A stretch of 64,000 nt of DNA from a candidate division FCPU426 bacterium (GTDB lineage: Bacteria; Oederibacteriota; PGYV01; Palsa-1178). The notes beneath the pieces are model-generated. The model did not search any database. It saw only the letters and a list, made by a program, of their open reading frames with translations, and was not told the DNA's origin. The stretch is from contig CAWIXE010000002.1 in NCBI GenBank assembly GCA_963840035.1, forward strand, positions 1,600,001-1,664,000. The letters are read 5' to 3'. The position numbers and the translations under genes are program-made. Positions within the stretch are counted from its first letter, which is position 1; each line of letters begins with the position of its first letter. This document shows positions 60,701 through 64,000 of this stretch, in pieces.

Positions 60701-62591
60701 CTGCGTGGATGTAAAAGTCGGCGTCATGGTATACGTCGATGTGTAGGTCGGCGTCGCGGTAACAGTTGATGTCGGGGTGTATGTCACCGTGGGAGTCGGC
60801 GTGGAAGTGCTTGTATATGTGCTTGTCGGCGTCTGCGTGGATGTGAAAGTCGGCGTCATGGTATACGTCGATGTGTAGGTCGGTGTCGCGGTAAAAGTTG
60901 ATGTCGGGGTGTATGTCACCGTGGGAGTCGGCGTGGAAGTGCTTGTATATGTGCTTGTCGGCGTCTGCGTGGATGTGAACGTCGGCGTCATGGTATATGT
61001 CGATGTGTAGGTCTGCGTCGCGGTAACCGTTGATGTCGGCGTGTATGTCACCGTGGGCGTCGGCGTAGAGGTGCTTGTATAAGTGCTCGTCGGAGACTGC
61101 GTGGATGTGAACGTCGGCGTCATGGTATATGTCGATGTGTAAGTGTTGGTTGCTGTGGATGTCGGCGTGTATGTCACGGAAGGAGTCTGCGTGAACGTGA
61201 CCGAATACGTGGGTGTCATGGTCCTGGTGAATGTGGATGTGGGTGTCACGGTCGCGGTCGGTGACAGTGTCGGTGTAAGCGTCGGTGTTGCGGTTATCAT
61301 GATGAACGCAACGTCATTTGAGGCGCCAAAATTATACCAGGCCATATTATGGACCCCGGTCGGCGTTGCCGACGGCGAAGGCGTTATTGTTGACGTCGGT
61401 GTAAATGTCTTTGTGGCGCATCCGCTTGAACCGCACGGTTCCTCGCCGGTATTCGGGTCCGTTGTGACGACGCTAGTGTATTCGCAGAGCAGAGTATTGC
61501 GCCAGTAAAGGGTCGCGTATTTTACGCTGGAGAAACTCCCTGTCCAGTCGCACGGCCTGGAGTACCAGTTTGAAGTGGCCGGGTTCCAAGCGGGCGTAGT
61601 TGTCAGCTCCCACGCCTGGTTTTTCTGCAGGTAGCCCCCGTTCGGCCCTATCATAAGGTAAGGCCACGAACCGCTGTTCGTCCATCCAAACTGAAAATAT
61701 TTGTTGGCAACCCTCGTGCCTGCTTCGCACGATGCAGCAGCCGCGTTATTAAATGTAGCGCTCTGGTTTGTCGTATTTATATTGCCGTTGGGTATGGAAC
61801 TGCCGTAGGAGTCCTTGCCCGAGTCGTCAAAATTCGACCAGTTCCATGTGTTTGAATCATTTACATAGAAACGAAAATTAACATCTGACGCGAAAACCCC
61901 TGATTCGGACCAGTTTGTTACCTTATACCTCATATTCCATTTATTTCCCGTGCCTCCCGTGCTGGAACACGCTCCGGAATTGAGGAGCTCAAGGTTTAAC
62001 TTATAAGGAGTTGCCGCGCCAACCACGGAAAACTGCGCGGATACGCCGGTGGTGTCTATGTTTGAAGTTGAGTTCGATGAGCACTGGTATCTCGGCCCGT
62101 TCCCCGAGTCTCCGGCATAAGCCGGTATCAGGATGTAATAATTGCCACTTTTTTCCGGCGGTATCTGTGTGATTATCCTTACGTTGTGCCACGCCCCGTC
62201 GCCGTTTACCCCGGGATCAAGGCTGTCGCCTGTATTGGGTCCGTCTACATCAGTGATTGAAGCGCCCGTCGCCGCTTTTGCCACACCGTCATACCACCAT
62301 GTTGTCTGGTTCTTGTATATTCCCCTGGTTTTTGACGCGAGAAAGTCCTGGCTGCACAATGCCAGGCTGCTCCTGTCGGATAACGCAACAACAAACCTCG
62401 GACGCTTTCCGGCGTCGACCATGATCTGAAAGTCAATTGTTATTACCTGACCGGGCGCCGGCGAAGCCGGTGTTATTACGATATTCTGTATCTGCGCGGC
62501 GCCGAAAACCGAGCCCGGAATTAAAAACGCAGACATGAAAACAAACAAGCCTATCCCCGCTTTAAGGGAGAAGCTGCCTGAATTTTTTCAT
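57782..62591 (-). CDS. Giant secreted protein: Ig-like + CBM3-like domain, ~890-aa Thr/Pro linker, 3 FlgD-Ig/CTD-like domains; extra A just after ATG 62591
   Basis: CBM3-like VTN..DVNFRFY..NKYFQFG..NWYS..TLY..GEEP; YPNP; removing one A gives MKNSGSFSLKAGIGLFVF..VFGA. Confidence 0.85.
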
Positions 62592-62609
62592 GTCCGCGCC
62601 TCTTTTCTC

Positions 62610-64000
62610 TCAGATTTTATCCATGCAATCCGCGGGATTACCGCGCGCCGTGGCATATATGGTTATCATGTCGTTCATCCACGCAAGGTATTCGTCAAAC
62701 CTTAAGAACGGCAGCCTCGCGGCCTTGACATAAAAACATATGGTCCCGGCGCCGTTATTGGGTATATTTGCAAGGTCCCAGTAAATTATGGAATAACTTC
62801 CGTCCGGCACTATGGTCTGCCCTGCTGTATCCGTCCCGACATAATCGCATACAAGCGGGATTGTGTCCCATATCCTGAAGCTGGCTGTGCTGCCGGTGGT
62901 ATTTTTGTAATTAAGACAGTAAGTAAATGTCTCCCCGAGCATAATTGTATTTTTGGAGATTGTCTTCGTCAGCTGGACCACTATCGGAAGCGGCGTGCTG
63001 GTTAAAGTCGGCGTCAGCGTCGGGGAAACCGTTATTGTCGGGGTGATGGTGGGCGAAGCGCAGATGCCCCCCGCGTTAATCATATCCACCGTGGAAACCG
63101 CGGCAGGCGTCGCCTGCAGTATGCTCGCATTATTGTGCCAGGTACAGCAGTTCTTTGTCGTCTCGTGCAGGCGCATCGGTATATCCAGGCACGCGCCATT
63201 GCCGAATCCGGGAGATTCAAAGTATATCGTGTAAGTCACTGTATTTCCGGAATTATTGTTGACATAATGGTTGATTCCCGCAACTCCCGGGTTTGTCCAG
63301 TTTGGGCCATCATATTGAAAAACGTCGGTCGAAGACGAAAAATCGTCAAGTACATCTATGGTCCCTGACGTCACTACGCCTCCGGTATTACAGATATGGA
63401 GGGTAAATGTAAGCAGGTCTCCGACGGCGATATTTGATGTTTTATTTGCCGTCTTGGATATAGACCATACCGGAGGAAGCGGTGTCGGGGTGCAAAGGTC
63501 AGCCATATTAACGGAGGTAAATACCGTGGGTGAGGCGAAATAACTGAGCGAGGCGTTATTCACCCAACTGCAGCTCCCGATGTTTTTTGTCTGCATATTG
63601 GCGCCCAGTGGTATGTCCACGCAGCCCGTGAATCCCGGCTGTTCAAAAACAATATCGATTGTCGCCTGCCTGGTCCCCCTGTTTATGTTGATATGGTCAA
63701 TCCCGGGGGCGGGGTCGCCGTAATAAGTATTATAAAGCCAGTTCCAGTTGTCGTTGTTGGAGGAAAAATCATCAAATATTTGTGCCGTACCTGACCATGC
63801 GGGGCCGCCTGTATTGCACAGGTGAAGGTTATAGGATATATTGTCACCCTGCACGATCCCGGTTGTCTTGCTCGCTGTCTTTATAAGCGTCAGGTTAGGC
63901 GGCGGCGGGCAGTAATTATTCAGTGTCACCGTCGCCTCTTTTATCGGTTCAGCTAAATATGCGAGGTCAGCCACGTTATGCCATGTGGCGCAGAATGTAG
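62610..64000 (-). CDS. Paralog of the 52726 protein, 5' end outside the window: DUF11-like modules, short Thr/Pro linker, terminal incomplete DUF11
   Basis: YCPPPPNLTLIKTASKT..CNTGG..CSWVNNASLSY aligns with YCPPAPAFTLLKTANKT..CNTGG..CSWHNDATLSY. Confidence 0.85.
   Translation of the reverse strand, partial: TFCATWHNVADLAYLAEPIKEATVTLNNYCPPPPNLTLIKTASKTTGIVQGDNISYNLHLCNTGGPAWSGTAQIFDDFSSNNDNWNWLYNTYYGDPAPGIDHININRGTRQATIDIVFEQPGFTGCVDIPLGANMQTKNIGSCSWVNNASLSYFASPTVFTSVNMADLCTPTPLPPVWSISKTANKTSNIAVGDLLTFTLHICNTGGVVTSGTIDVLDDFSSSTDVFQYDGPNWTNPGVAGINHYVNNNSGNTVTYTIYFESPGFGNGACLDIPMRLHETTKNCCTWHNNASILQATPAAVSTVDMINAGGICASPTITPTITVSPTLTPTLTSTPLPIVVQLTKTISKNTIMLGETFTYCLNYKNTTGSTASFRIWDTIPLVCDYVGTDTAGQTIVPDGSYSIIYWDLANIPNNGAGTICFYVKAARLPFLRFDEYLAWMNDMITIYATARGNPADCMDKI

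Noticed and set aside
54317..61508. Alternative-frame and antisense ORFs such as 54353..55576 and the Val/Gly-rich plus-strand ORFs
   Set aside because: Shadows of the Thr-codon repeats in the giant genes.
52726..64000. Diversity-generating retroelement or prophage behind the paralogous repeats
   Set aside because: No reverse transcriptase, no adenine-specific TR/VR pair, and no integrase or phage genes seen.

Overview
Bacterial chromosomal window of moderate GC with AT-rich patches at 1-1750 and 44600-45230. Almost all genes are on the minus strand. The giant Thr/Pro-rich exported proteins with FlgD-Ig/T9SS-like tails suggest a candidate-phylum anaerobe such as Goldbacteria/Firestonebacteria (inference only). 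Content: a LacI regulator with two palindromic operators; an MFS transporter; c-di-GMP enzymes; a multi-PAS/GAF kinase with Rcp1-like regulators; alkD followed by two AAC(3)-family paralogs separated by a 45-copy 14-mer array; many small accessory genes; tRNA-Asn with a one-gene islet; a lexA-orf83-dinB-(DUF559)-DUF72 cassette with a candidate new SOS box; an ACT-deformylase pair; and three giant secreted proteins. Intergenic DNA carries four families of miniature repeats: GTAG-REPs, GTCATTGCGAG elements, CCCTCACCC elements, and 7/9/14-mer arrays that often begin at stop codons. Four single-base frameshifts suggest assembly indels. The most striking hypothesis is a naturally split DUF11 isopeptide domain: a 'catcher' at one protein's C-terminus and a matching HNxA 'tag' strand in the neighbouring CBM3-like giant protein.
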